Assembly (NCBI GenBank): GCA_019358915.1
Contig: JAHHIM010000055.1
Coordinates: 320,001 to 384,000 of the forward strand
DNA from: Trichormus sp. ATA11-4-KO1
GTDB taxonomy: Bacteria > Cyanobacteriota > Cyanobacteriia > Cyanobacteriales > Nostocaceae
DNA: 64,000 bases
Reading direction: 5' to 3'
This document shows positions 50,747 to 60,436 of this stretch, piece by piece. The first letter of the stretch is position 1, and the number at the start of each line of letters is the position of its first letter. The notes beneath the pieces were generated by a model that was not told where the DNA came from, ran no database searches, and was given only the letters and a program-made list of their open reading frames with translations. A program made the position numbers and the translations under genes.

Positions 50747-51751
50747 TCAGAGGCTGGATTTTTTCATGATTTCTTGAGAGTTTTGCTCAATATTTGTCAC
50801 TAGCTTGGTAACATCTTCTGGTGTCTTCGCTGCTTTAGCTGGTGGAATAACACTAGGCCAAGCTGCTTTTAGTTCAGTGAAACTCACCTCAATTGCTTTG
50901 TGTGCTTTGGGATTTTCTGGGGCGATTTGGCTAGAAATCCCTTGATACAGTTCATTGGCATAAGCTACAAAGCCACGAGAGTCTTGATATTCAATTGGTG
51001 CAGCTATTTTGCCATTTGCGATCGCTGCTGTATATTCGGCGTTAGCTGCATCTAGTAATTCGTTAATCACCTGGAGGACAAATCCTGGTTTTGAGCGTTG
51101 TTCTGGGGGTAAAGTGGCGATCGCTCCATCAACTGCTTGCATGGAGGCGGCTAAATTAGTTTTCACTTTGGCATCTTTGGGATTAGATTTGACAAAATTT
51201 TGCAAACTCACCAAAGTTGTCTTAAATTCTTTAACTTGACGCTCATTTAATTGCTCTTCTACATCAACATATATCTCTTCAACTGGATGTCCAATATGAG
51301 GTTCCGCTTGTTTTGGCTGATTCTGCTCTAGCAGTTCTTTTGCTACTAAAAGATGTCCTTTCATTAAACTCAATTTAGTCATGTAGTCAACATCTTTAGC
51401 TTCACCCGTGAGTACCACTTCCTCAACAGTCACCGAGTCTTTAATTTGGTCAAACTGTGCTTGTGTAATCACTTTTTTGGTAACTAAATCTTCAGGACTA
51501 CCATAAGGACGGTTAGCTTGAATTTTGTTTGATAATGCTGGAATGCCCAACTTGGCTTCAAACTTATCCAACTCTGACAAGATAGCAGTATTGATATTGA
51601 TTTGAGGTTTACCACCGTGACCACTGTGGCTGACAACTTCTGTGCTTTGGGGACTGGATGGACTTTCTGCGGTTGGTGTACTGTTACAAGCACTGAGAGT
51701 AACTATCGCCGCAGTAGCGACAGTTAAGCTGACATAACGCAATTTGATCAT
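50747..51751 (-). CDS. Lipoprotein with a helix-hairpin-helix (ComEA/PsbU-like) domain and a His/Glu-rich helical domain
   Basis: Lipobox LSAC; ININTA..SEL...NRPYGSPEDL; KGHL, PHIGHPVEEIY and EYQDSRGF; GGAG SD. Confidence 0.82.
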   Translation of the reverse strand: MIKLRYVSLTVATAAIVTLSACNSTPTAESPSSPQSTEVVSHSGHGGKPQININTAILSELDKFEAKLGIPALSNKIQANRPYGSPEDLVTKKVITQAQFDQIKDSVTVEEVVLTGEAKDVDYMTKLSLMKGHLLVAKELLEQNQPKQAEPHIGHPVEEIYVDVEEQLNERQVKEFKTTLVSLQNFVKSNPKDAKVKTNLAASMQAVDGAIATLPPEQRSKPGFVLQVINELLDAANAEYTAAIANGKIAAPIEYQDSRGFVAYANELYQGISSQIAPENPKAHKAIEVSFTELKAAWPSVIPPAKAAKTPEDVTKLVTNIEQNSQEIMKKSSL

Positions 51752-51907
51752 TTTTGCTCCTGGCAAAATTTTAAAGGTAGTCACTGAAACAGTTCACACT
51801 ACTAACAGCAGTTGGTTTGATGCCTTGTCATAGATTTTACTGTTCTATATAATGATATTTTTTGTCAACTAATTGCTGATTAATTAAAGAGAATTTAATA
51901 ATATCTT

Positions 51908-52912
51908 TCAATTCTCAGAACGAGCGATCACGTCAAATTGACCCATGCAACCTTTTTCGGCGATCGCGTCCTGATGAGGGTGAAACATATACTTACCCGG
52001 ATAGCGAAAAGCAAATTCTAAAATGTGCCTTTCTGCTACACCCATCGTGATCACATCAGTTTTTTCGCTAGGAGTCAGAGTCATCCCAGACCGATAAACA
52101 TCAAAGAAGTTGGCGTGTAAGTGAAATGTCACAGCTGGGTCAAATTCAATAATATTGAGGACATACAGCCGAATCAACTGATCTTGGTAAATGGGGATGG
52201 GATAATGCATGTAGTGATCAGGCAGACCGTTGAAGGCGTAGTATTCGTTACGGCTATCGTCATTTACGTCATACCCAGCCATAACTAAAACTATCTCATC
52301 AGCCGGGGGACGCGGCGTAGGGGGATCAATAATAAACATCCCGTATAGCCCCTTGGCAATGTGACGGGTAACTGGTTCAATATGGCAATGGTACAAGTGA
52401 ACGCCGTAGGGTTCAGCATCAAATTCGTAAATCGTGGCACTGCCATGTTTGACTGGGCGAATACCATCCATTTCTGCTGGGTGAGTGCCATGAAAATGCA
52501 GAGAGTGAGCATGTCCCGCTTGGTTGAGAAACAACACCCGTACGCGATCGCCTTGTTTTGCCCTTAGTGTTGGCCCCGGTATCCGACCGTTTAAATCCCA
52601 AATATTGTAGGAGACAGCACTGTTCAGTTGAATTGTAGAAGTACCCGCAGTTAACTGAAATTCGCGAATAGTCCGCCCATTTTCTTGCTTGAGTGTCCCA
52701 TAATTAAACTCTCTCAGCATCTTCATCGGGTTAGCAACGCCTGCAGTTGCTTCCATCTGCAAAGGTGGCACTCTTACTTTTAACTGAGTTTGTAAATTCA
52801 GTAAATGCCAGAGTGCTGCTGCACTCGTCACACCAACACCTGTTAACCCTAGCTTTAGCAGTTGACGACGGCTCCAAAGTTTTTCTTGACCCAGAGCGAA
52901 GTTGTTGGGCAT
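51908..52912 (-). CDS. Tat-exported two-domain multicopper oxidase
   Basis: SRRQLLK Tat motif; HSLHFHG, YHCHIEPVTRHIAKGLYG, FHLHAN and FHPHQ. Confidence 0.92.
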   Translation of the reverse strand: MPNNFALGQEKLWSRRQLLKLGLTGVGVTSAAALWHLLNLQTQLKVRVPPLQMEATAGVANPMKMLREFNYGTLKQENGRTIREFQLTAGTSTIQLNSAVSYNIWDLNGRIPGPTLRAKQGDRVRVLFLNQAGHAHSLHFHGTHPAEMDGIRPVKHGSATIYEFDAEPYGVHLYHCHIEPVTRHIAKGLYGMFIIDPPTPRPPADEIVLVMAGYDVNDDSRNEYYAFNGLPDHYMHYPIPIYQDQLIRLYVLNIIEFDPAVTFHLHANFFDVYRSGMTLTPSEKTDVITMGVAERHILEFAFRYPGKYMFHPHQDAIAEKGCMGQFDVIARSEN

Positions 52913-52975
52913 GACATGACATTATTAGCACAAACAGTAAAGTTGCTAAAAAGATAGTATGGGATTCAAACTTTA

Positions 52976-52992
52976 TTGTCAATAATTCTCAA
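52976..52992. promoter_or_regulatory. Putative Fur-family box upstream of the MCO operon
   Basis: TTGTCAATAATTCTCAA, a near-palindrome related to TTGAGAATnATTCTCAA. Confidence 0.5.
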
Positions 52993-53134
52993 CTATCTGC
53001 AAAATCGGCTTGAGCAGACAATTCCCACCAAAGAAAGTTGTATGATTCACTTTTACTGTAATCAGACTTTGGTATGGAGAATTTTTAATTTTTAATTTTT
53101 AATTGCTGATCAAGGTATCTGTTGATTTAAACTC

Positions 53135-53221
53135 AGGACTTACGCAGAAGTAACGGCGAACCACAGAGGACACAGAGTACACGGAGGAATGAGAGTTTGA
53201 GAGGTTTTTTGCGTAAGTCCC
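53135..53221. mobile_element. MITE-like element, same family as 24249-24409
   Basis: TIRs AGGACTTACGCA / TGCGTAAGTCCC. Confidence 0.8.
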
Positions 53222-53264
53222 AAAACTAAGTCGTTAAAATACATCTATTTATGAGGTATGAAGA

Positions 53265-54050
53265 TTGTTAAATATTATTTTTAAATCAAAGCTGGTATCA
53301 CTAATCCTGATAGGGTTTCTCAGCTTTTACATAATCGTGGGAGCATCTACACCAGCTTATGCGATGCACATTATGGAAGGTTACTTACCAGCCAGTTGGG
53401 CAATTTTTTGGTGGGTGGTAGCGTTACCATTTTTTGCTTTAGGATTGCGATCGCTCACTCGCATCACTAAAGCCAACCCAGAACTAAAATTACTTCTAGC
53501 CTTAGCCGGAGCATTTGCTTTTGTTTTGTCAGCACTGAAACTACCTTCTGTTACAGGTAGTTCTTCCCATCCTACTGGTACAGGATTAGGCGCAGTGCTA
53601 TTTGGCCCTTTAGCCATGTCGGTGTTAGGTACTCTGGTTTTGCTGTTTCAAGCGTTGCTGCTAGCGCATGGCGGTTTGACAACACTGGGAGCTAATGCTT
53701 TTTCAATGGCGATCGCTGGCCCATTTGCTGCCTACTGGATATATCATCTGACAAAGCGGTTAACTGGTAAGCAAAGAATCGCCATTTTTTTAGCCGCCGC
53801 CTTAGCTAATTTACTCACTTACATCATTACCTCTGTACAACTGGCCTTAGCTTTTCCTGCGCCTGTGGGTGGGTTTGCAGCCTCATTCGCTAAGTTTGTC
53901 GGCATTTTTGCCATTACTCAAGTGCCTTTGGCAATTAGTGAAGGATTGCTAACTGTATTAGTGTGGAACTGGTTACAATCCTACACTCCTCAAGAACTCG
54001 AATTATTAAAATTAATTACAGGGGAAGCTCAAAGCAATGAATCAGTCTAA
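53265..54050 (+). CDS. cbiM: Cobalt ECF transporter S component
   Basis: Signal peptide ending AYA, then mature [37 protein letters not shown]. Confidence 0.95.
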   Translation: MLNIIFKSKLVSLILIGFLSFYIIVGASTPAYAMHIMEGYLPASWAIFWWVVALPFFALGLRSLTRITKANPELKLLLALAGAFAFVLSALKLPSVTGSSSHPTGTGLGAVLFGPLAMSVLGTLVLLFQALLLAHGGLTTLGANAFSMAIAGPFAAYWIYHLTKRLTGKQRIAIFLAAALANLLTYIITSVQLALAFPAPVGGFAASFAKFVGIFAITQVPLAISEGLLTVLVWNWLQSYTPQELELLKLITGEAQSNESV

Positions 54051-54339
54051 ACCAGGATTGAGTAACTGGCTATTGATATTAGCCGTGATCACTTTAGCAG
54101 TTGCACCCTTAATATTTATTCGGGGTGCAGAATTTGCTGGTGCAGATGGACAAGCTGAAGCAGCAATTGGGGAAGTGCAGCCTGAATACAAACCTTGGTT
54201 TAAACCTGTTTTTGAACCACCTAGCGGTGAAGTAGAAAGCTTATTATTCACCTCACAAGCTGCTTTGGGTGCTGGAGTAATTGGTTATGTGATCGGATTA
54301 TATAAGGAGCGTGAACGCCAGCAAAGGAATAAGGAATGA
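54037..54339 (+). CDS. cbiN: Cobalt transport protein CbiN
   Basis: [29 protein letters not shown]. Confidence 0.95.
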   Translation: MNQSKPGLSNWLLILAVITLAVAPLIFIRGAEFAGADGQAEAAIGEVQPEYKPWFKPVFEPPSGEVESLLFTSQAALGAGVIGYVIGLYKERERQQRNKE

Positions 54340-55124
54340 CTCTGCAAATAGATGCTCTGGCTTATACTAATCGGTTGCGATGGTTAGCGCCAGAGCAAAA
54401 AATATTATTGGCGATCGCCTTATTAATTCTCACTGCTTTTACCCATCCCCCAATACAGATTTTAATTGCCATCTGGATGAGTACTTGGACGGTCATTTAT
54501 GCCAGGATTCCCCTAAAAATATATTTAAAACTAGTTTATATTGCTACTTTTTTCTGGTTAACAAGTTTACTAGCTTTAGTAATTAATGGTATACATCTTG
54601 ATCACCTGAAGATTATTGAAAATGATGCCATAATCGGGTTAAATTTTGGCTCTTATTATATATACATCAGTAATCAGGGAATCGAGCAAGGATGGACAAT
54701 TCTAACACGAGCGATCGCTTCACTTGCTTGCTTGTATTTTGTCATGTTAACTATCCCATTCACTGAACTTTTACAAACCTTGAGACGCTTTGGTTTTCCC
54801 GTGCTATTAACAGATATTTTATTATTAATGTACCGTTTTATTTTCGTTTTATTAAACACAGCTTCCGAAATCTGGATTGCTCAACAGTCTCGTGGTGGCT
54901 ACTGCACCTTTAGAATTGGGATAAAAAGTTTATCGCTGTTAATTGGACAACTACTCAAGCGCACCTTAGAAAACTATCGTCAAGTCTCTTTAAGTTTAGC
55001 CTCACGTGGCTTTAATGGCGAATTTAAAGTTTGGCATCCTTATCGCTATCATCTCTCCAAACGCTATGCCATAGAAGCAATTGTTGGATATTTAATTTTA
55101 CTAGGATTAGAATTAAAAATTTAA
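54336..55124 (+). CDS. cbiQ: Cobalt ECF transporter T component
   Basis: IDALAYTNRLR, MYRFIF, AQQSRGGY, SLASRGF. Confidence 0.93.
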   Translation: MTLQIDALAYTNRLRWLAPEQKILLAIALLILTAFTHPPIQILIAIWMSTWTVIYARIPLKIYLKLVYIATFFWLTSLLALVINGIHLDHLKIIENDAIIGLNFGSYYIYISNQGIEQGWTILTRAIASLACLYFVMLTIPFTELLQTLRRFGFPVLLTDILLLMYRFIFVLLNTASEIWIAQQSRGGYCTFRIGIKSLSLLIGQLLKRTLENYRQVSLSLASRGFNGEFKVWHPYRYHLSKRYAIEAIVGYLILLGLELKI

Positions 55125-55202
55125 TTGACCTCATTCAGTGCTGAGTGCTGAGTCAAAAGCAGAAGAAGGAAGGACTTTCGCACTCGGTACAAGCCCCGCC
55201 CC

Positions 55203-55305
55203 TTGTGGTCACTGAGCCTTGCCGAAATGTGGGCGGAACTTATTACTGTCAGAAGATTGATACCACGCGAATTGTGGTCACTGAGCCTTGCCGAAGTGTG
55301 GGCGG
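55203..55305. repeat. Two 34-bp direct repeats, each a 24-nt small-repeat insertion in a GC hairpin
   Basis: TTGTGGTCACTGAGCCTTGCCGAA[A/G]TGTGGGCGG at 55203-55236 and 55272-55305. Confidence 0.85.
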
Positions 55306-55454
55306 TTTTTTAACTCAGCGCTCTTCACATATCATATAATTTTTAAGATAACCTAAAACTTATCTTTATTCTTTCTTGGCTAGCTTGATGGTTATTTTAA
55401 AATGCATATTTCCTAAATAATTAGCCTGTAAGCCTTGATAAAAATAGCATAATC

Positions 55455-56285
55455 ATGCAGCAATCATTACTAGAATTTGAGCAAGTACAATACACCTATC
55501 CAGGTACACAACAATTAGCCTTAAATAACTTAACACTAAAAATTCCAGCCAAAAAAAAATGTGCATTAATAGGTCAAAATGGTTGTGGTAAAACCACACT
55601 ATTTTTATTAGCTAATGGTTTATACATACCCCAAAAAGGAAATATCAAATGGCAAAGTCAGCCGCTAAAATATGACCGACAATCATTAATACAATTACGT
55701 CAAAAAGTTGGGCTAATTTTTCAAGATCCAGAGCAACAATTGGTAGCCTCAACTGTAGAAGAAGATATATCTTACGGTTTATGTAATTTGGGATTACCAA
55801 TAGCAGAAATTCAACAGCGCATTGAACAAGCCTTAGTTGAGTTTGGACTAACTGAACTAGCCCAAAGACCTGTACATCATCTCAGTTTGGGTCAAAAAAA
55901 ACGAGTTTCTATTGCTGATGTCATGGTGCTAAAACCAGAACTGTTATTACTAGATGAACCGACAGCATATCTAGATAGGTTGCATACTCGTAACCTGATG
56001 TCAACCCTAAAAAATATTCATACATCTGGTACAACGATATTAATGGCAACCCATGACCTAGATTTAGTTTATCGTTGGGCAGATTGGGTATTTGTCATGG
56101 ATAGAGGACAACTTATTTTAGAAGGAAATCCCCAAGAGGTGTTTAACCAACGAAATATTCTTGAAGAATTACAGTTAGGAGTACCACTGCTATATGAAGT
56201 GTTATCTGCTGAAGAATTAGCCACAGACAAAACAGATGGAAAACAATTACGGCAAAAGATATTGAATTTATTTCCTTACTTTTAG
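55455..56285 (+). CDS. cbiO: Cobalt ECF transporter ATPase
   Basis: GQNGCGKTT, FQDPEQQL, LSLGQKKR, LLLDEPT. Confidence 0.93.
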   Translation: MQQSLLEFEQVQYTYPGTQQLALNNLTLKIPAKKKCALIGQNGCGKTTLFLLANGLYIPQKGNIKWQSQPLKYDRQSLIQLRQKVGLIFQDPEQQLVASTVEEDISYGLCNLGLPIAEIQQRIEQALVEFGLTELAQRPVHHLSLGQKKRVSIADVMVLKPELLLLDEPTAYLDRLHTRNLMSTLKNIHTSGTTILMATHDLDLVYRWADWVFVMDRGQLILEGNPQEVFNQRNILEELQLGVPLLYEVLSAEELATDKTDGKQLRQKILNLFPYF

Positions 56286-56593
56286 TCTGACCATATTCAC
56301 TTCCAGGATATGAAATTTTATGATGTGAATAATTTATTTGAATAATGCCCTAAAATTTCAAGATTTAACCAACTTTTAACGCTAAACTAAAAATAAACTT
56401 AACATAATTTAATAACTTAATAAATAAGTATATTATTTGACGTAGATTTTATTGTTCACTTTCCCTGGTGAACACTATAAAATCCCCCAATAGGGCATTG
56501 AAAAAGAGACAGGAATTCTGTTTTCTATTAATTTAATGCCGTAATTACATTGTTTAAATTGTGTGAATCTACACATTCAATACAGGACACATT

Positions 56594-57517
56594 ATGCATA
56601 TTCCTGATGGGTTTATTTCTGCTCCCGTGGCTGGAGTGACTGGTTTAGCAAGTGCGATCGCACTTGTAATTGCCTGTGGGCGATCGCAAGAAGCCTTTGG
56701 TATCCGTCGTGCCCCCATACTCGGTTTAACCACTGCTTTTATTTTTGCTGCTCAGATGGTCAATTTTCCGGTGGCAGGTGGCACTAGTGGTCACTTGTTG
56801 GGGGGAACCTTAGCAGCGATCGTTTTGGGCAGTCCCTGGGCGGGAATGCTATGTATTGCCACAGTTTTCATTATTCAAGCTGTGCTATTTGCCGATGGTG
56901 GCATCACAGCCTTGGGCGCGAATATTTTGAATGCGGGAGTAATTGCCGTTTGGGTGGGCTGGGTGTTAACCCAAACCTTACAACGGCTATTTGGCGGATC
57001 TCAAGGGCGTTTACCTCTGGCAGCTGGCATTGCTGCTGGTGTCAGCGTAGTTGTGGCATCTGTAGCCTGTGCTATTGAGTTAGTTCTTTCTGGAACTGCA
57101 TCCGCAGCCATAGTTTTACCAGCTATGACTGGAGTACATATTCTGATTGGCGTTGGCGAAGGATTAATTACTGGAGGCGTGCTAGCTTACTTGGCTACAG
57201 CCAGACCGGATTTGCTACCAGGGGAGCAGCAGCAATTTCAAGGATGGTTAGTACCTGTCGTCAGTATTTTATTAGTTGCCGGTGTGTTCTCTTTGGCGGC
57301 TTCAGGGTGGCCTGACGGTTTGGAAAGAGTTGCCGAAGACGTAGGTTTTATAGATTTAGCCGAGCAAGTGCGAATAGAAGTGCCAACGCCTTTAGCTGAC
57401 TATGGGATCGAAGGTTTAGAGCAAATTGGCACGAGTATTGCCGGATTAGTGGGATCGGCGGTTTGCTTTGCTGTGGCCTTTGGAATTGCCAAAGTCATGA
57501 AACCGAAAAATGCTTAA
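56594..57517 (+). CDS. Ni/Co ECF S component, NikM fused to a PDGLE (NikN) domain
   Basis: N-terminal MHIPDGF, GTSGHLLGG, ADGGITALGAN; C-terminal ASGWPDGLE. Confidence 0.9.
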   Translation: MHIPDGFISAPVAGVTGLASAIALVIACGRSQEAFGIRRAPILGLTTAFIFAAQMVNFPVAGGTSGHLLGGTLAAIVLGSPWAGMLCIATVFIIQAVLFADGGITALGANILNAGVIAVWVGWVLTQTLQRLFGGSQGRLPLAAGIAAGVSVVVASVACAIELVLSGTASAAIVLPAMTGVHILIGVGEGLITGGVLAYLATARPDLLPGEQQQFQGWLVPVVSILLVAGVFSLAASGWPDGLERVAEDVGFIDLAEQVRIEVPTPLADYGIEGLEQIGTSIAGLVGSAVCFAVAFGIAKVMKPKNA

Positions 57518-58163
57518 AATTGCCTTGCCGTTACGTTTGCAGCTGTCTTTAGTAATTGTAGTAGGGGCAGCTTTACTAAAACAAGGTGCCTGGCCTTGGC
57601 TGGCTGTATATGGGGCGATCGCTCTTTTTTGGGCAGGAGTCTTGCGCGTACCAATTCTCCAGTTGGGAGGACTACTGGGTACAGAACTGATTTTCCTCTC
57701 ATTCATGGCATTACCCTTGGGATGGGAGCGAGCTAGTTTTTTGTTGGTGCGTTCCCTTGTTTGTTTAATCACTATGAACAGTTTTTTGTTAACTTTGCCG
57801 CCGCATAGTTTCGGTATTGCCCTCAAAAGCTTGCCTGTACCCGTACCCATCAAAGTAAATTTACTGTTGGCTGGACAATACCTAGAAATTTTGTTAGCAG
57901 AAGTAACACGAATGCAGCGCAGCGCTCAATTACGAGGTTTAAATGGTACGGTGGGATGGTTACGCTACACTAGTGCTGCCATGATTGGAGCCTTGTATCT
58001 CCGCACTCTAGACAGGGCAGAGCGAGTTTATGCAGCCATGATAATTCGGGGTTACAACGGGCAATTACCTGTAGATTCGCCATTTAGACCAAAAGAGCGT
58101 TTTGCCTTATTAGTAGCTTGGGCGATCGCTGCTTGTTTGACCATAACTTCTTACAGAATTTAG
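57510..58163 (+). CDS. ECF transporter T component (NikQ/CbiQ-like)
   Basis: AQLRG and RAERVYAAMIIRGY motifs. Confidence 0.88.
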   Translation: MLKIALPLRLQLSLVIVVGAALLKQGAWPWLAVYGAIALFWAGVLRVPILQLGGLLGTELIFLSFMALPLGWERASFLLVRSLVCLITMNSFLLTLPPHSFGIALKSLPVPVPIKVNLLLAGQYLEILLAEVTRMQRSAQLRGLNGTVGWLRYTSAAMIGALYLRTLDRAERVYAAMIIRGYNGQLPVDSPFRPKERFALLVAWAIAACLTITSYRI

Positions 58164-58173
58164 TGCAGGTATC

Positions 58174-58929
58174 TTGAAATTTTTGACTTTTGATCCCCAA
58201 ATTTCCCCAGGTAATCCAGTAGTTGAAGTACAAAATCTGGTGTATGCCTATACTAATCAGGAACCAGTATTGCAAGAACTTTCATTTACCTTGAATGTAG
58301 GCGATCGCGTAGCATTGATGGGCGCAACTGGTTCTGGTAAAAGTACCTTATTAGAAAATTTAATTGGCTTAAAACAACCGCGATCGGGCAAAATTTTCAT
58401 TAATGGCATTCCAGTAGCACCAAAAACTCTTCCCCAAGTGCGCCGTTACATCGGTTTTGGTTTTCAAGATGCCAACGACCAACTATTTATGCCTACCATC
58501 TTGGAAGATATTACCTTTGGTCCCCGTAATTACGGTGTGCCACCAACCGTGGCTATTGATCGGGCCAGGCAGTTGTTAGCAGATTTTGGTCTAGAAGCCT
58601 ACGCTAATCGTTCCGCCCACGAACTATCTGGAGGACAAAGAAGACTTGCTGCTTTAGCGGCAATTTTAGCCCTAGAGCCGACAATTTTGATTTTAGATGA
58701 ACCGACTAACGGTCTTGATCCGTCATGGCGGAGGCATTTGGCGCAAGTATTGTTAAAGTTGCCAGTACAAGTAATGTTAATTGCTTCCCATGAATTACAT
58801 TGGTTGGGGAAAGTTACTCAACGTGCTTTGGTACTATCTGGTGGTCGCATTCAAGTAGACACGGATATTCAACCACTTTTACAAGAGAAAGATACTTTAG
58901 ACCAGTTGGGTCTACCCGTAGATTGGTAA
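58174..58929 (+). CDS. ECF transporter ATPase (NikO/CbiO-like)
   Basis: GATGSGKST, FQDANDQLF, LSGGQRR, ILDEPT. Confidence 0.92.
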   Translation: MKFLTFDPQISPGNPVVEVQNLVYAYTNQEPVLQELSFTLNVGDRVALMGATGSGKSTLLENLIGLKQPRSGKIFINGIPVAPKTLPQVRRYIGFGFQDANDQLFMPTILEDITFGPRNYGVPPTVAIDRARQLLADFGLEAYANRSAHELSGGQRRLAALAAILALEPTILILDEPTNGLDPSWRRHLAQVLLKLPVQVMLIASHELHWLGKVTQRALVLSGGRIQVDTDIQPLLQEKDTLDQLGLPVDW

Positions 58930-58959
58930 AGTGATTACTAAAAAACTGAATTATTTGCT

Positions 58960-59061
58960 AATATAGCAGTCGCCACTTAGCTTAGGACGTAAACTAATTA
59001 GCAAACCCTTATGTAAACCAACTTTCAAGCCTTTTCTCTATCCCCTGTCCCCTGCTATATT
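58960..59061. mobile_element. MITE-like element with 10-bp TIRs
   Basis: AATATAGCAG ... CTGCTATATT. Confidence 0.55.
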
Positions 59062-59071
59062 TCGGGTATGA

Positions 59072-59548
59072 ATGTCTGTGTGGCGTAAATATATTGTTAT
59101 TGCTCCTGTTAGTCTGAGTATTGCTTTACTAGGTAGTAGTTGTGAGGATCAAGTCTCTCAATGTCAGCGACTGATTCAGGTAGTGAATGAAGGAAACGCT
59201 CTAATTGACCAAAACAAAGGACAGCAGGTAGTAACAAGTTTGCAACTATCTAAAGATTTGGTAGCCATTACTAGATCCTTAGAAGAACTGAACTTGTCAG
59301 ATCCTAATTTACAAGCATTTCAAAGCAGTTTTACAAGCGTGTTTGAGAATCTCAGTCAAGCGATCGCTAAGGCGGCTAAAGCTTTGGGTACAGCTAAAAA
59401 TGCAGAAGCATCACCAGCAGGTAGGGAAAAACTACAAAAAGCTAGAACAGAAATTGATACAGCACTGACATCAGCCGCTAAAACTGCTGGCAAAAAATCA
59501 GATGCATTAGTCGATGATCTGAATAAATACTGCGGTCAGACTGATTGA
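59072..59548 (+). CDS. Hypothetical helical lipoprotein
   Basis: Signal peptide with lipobox-like GSSC; Cys near both ends; helical composition. Confidence 0.78.
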   Translation: MSVWRKYIVIAPVSLSIALLGSSCEDQVSQCQRLIQVVNEGNALIDQNKGQQVVTSLQLSKDLVAITRSLEELNLSDPNLQAFQSSFTSVFENLSQAIAKAAKALGTAKNAEASPAGREKLQKARTEIDTALTSAAKTAGKKSDALVDDLNKYCGQTD

Positions 59549-59667
59549 TGTCACTCAGTACACAAATGCAGAGTGCTTACTAGTTTACTCAGCACTGAAT
59601 TAAATATCCTTCTTCAGAAATTTGCCATTGGGAAATTGATGTTATAAATTGGTGCTCACAAGTTTGA

Positions 59668-59850
59668 ATGGCAAATTTATTACCCATGACAACCACACAG
59701 ATTAATTCCCAGACACAAGAAAAAAAATCCACTAAGAAGAAACAAGCATTTCCTCGCATGGATATTGGTACTCCAAAAGTCCCACTCCGCACTCCCAACC
59801 AGACGAAACAACAGCATGAATTACTCAGTGACTGGGATCACGCGAGTTAA
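59668..59850 (+). CDS. Small hypothetical protein (uncertain)
   Basis: 60-aa ATG ORF filling the intergenic gap; no recognisable motif. Confidence 0.4.
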   Translation: MANLLPMTTTQINSQTQEKKSTKKKQAFPRMDIGTPKVPLRTPNQTKQQHELLSDWDHAS

Positions 59851-59854
59851 TTTG

Positions 59855-60436
59855 TTACTTTAAATTCCACTCACACAATTGAGAAGGAGGTGTCATGCGA
59901 GGACGATTATATTGATAAAATCCCTCAATATTCAATGAAGCCTTACGGTATAAAATTCTTTTAACAGCATCCTCATCATTATTGGCGCTATGCGTGATAT
60001 TTCCTTGACTGAGTGTCAAGCGCCCTTCTGAATCCCACTTAAATGCAGATTGAGGTATTTTATGTTGGTGATTTCCACCCCATAATATCTCTAGAGCTTC
60101 ACCAGCAATCTGATTTTTATCTACTGTCCCCTGAATACAAATAAAGTTATCTGAGTGAGGATAGCCATAATATCCATCAACGTGATTCCCAGCTTTCTGA
60201 AAATTTAAACACACTCCTGCCCCATCTCGCCAGTCTTGGGGATCAGGTTGACTACAAAACTGGTAGTTACCATCTGTTAAATCAGCAATGTTTACTGATT
60301 GGGCTGCAAGCCAAAAGTTTTCATTGGGAAAAAATAGAATTTGTTGACCTTTAACTTGGCTGTAAGAAATTAGGGAACCTACTAATAAGGCTATGAATAC
60401 TCCACCCCACTGCAAAAAATTTCCTCTAATGTGCAT
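59855..60436 (-). CDS. Hypothetical secreted protein
   Basis: GGAGGTG SD; hydrophobic N-terminus; DGNYQFCS...GVCLNFQK...GYYGYPHSD.FICI. Confidence 0.75.
   Translation of the reverse strand: MHIRGNFLQWGGVFIALLVGSLISYSQVKGQQILFFPNENFWLAAQSVNIADLTDGNYQFCSQPDPQDWRDGAGVCLNFQKAGNHVDGYYGYPHSDNFICIQGTVDKNQIAGEALEILWGGNHQHKIPQSAFKWDSEGRLTLSQGNITHSANNDEDAVKRILYRKASLNIEGFYQYNRPRMTPPSQLCEWNLK

Noticed and set aside
55203..55305. Possible mini CRISPR array (34-bp repeats, 35-bp spacer)
   Set aside because: Only two repeats, no typical GTT.../...GAAAC ends, no cas genes; better explained as small-repeat insertions in hairpins
55145..55339. 64-aa ORF with repeated VVTEPCR
   Set aside because: Translation of the DNA direct repeats
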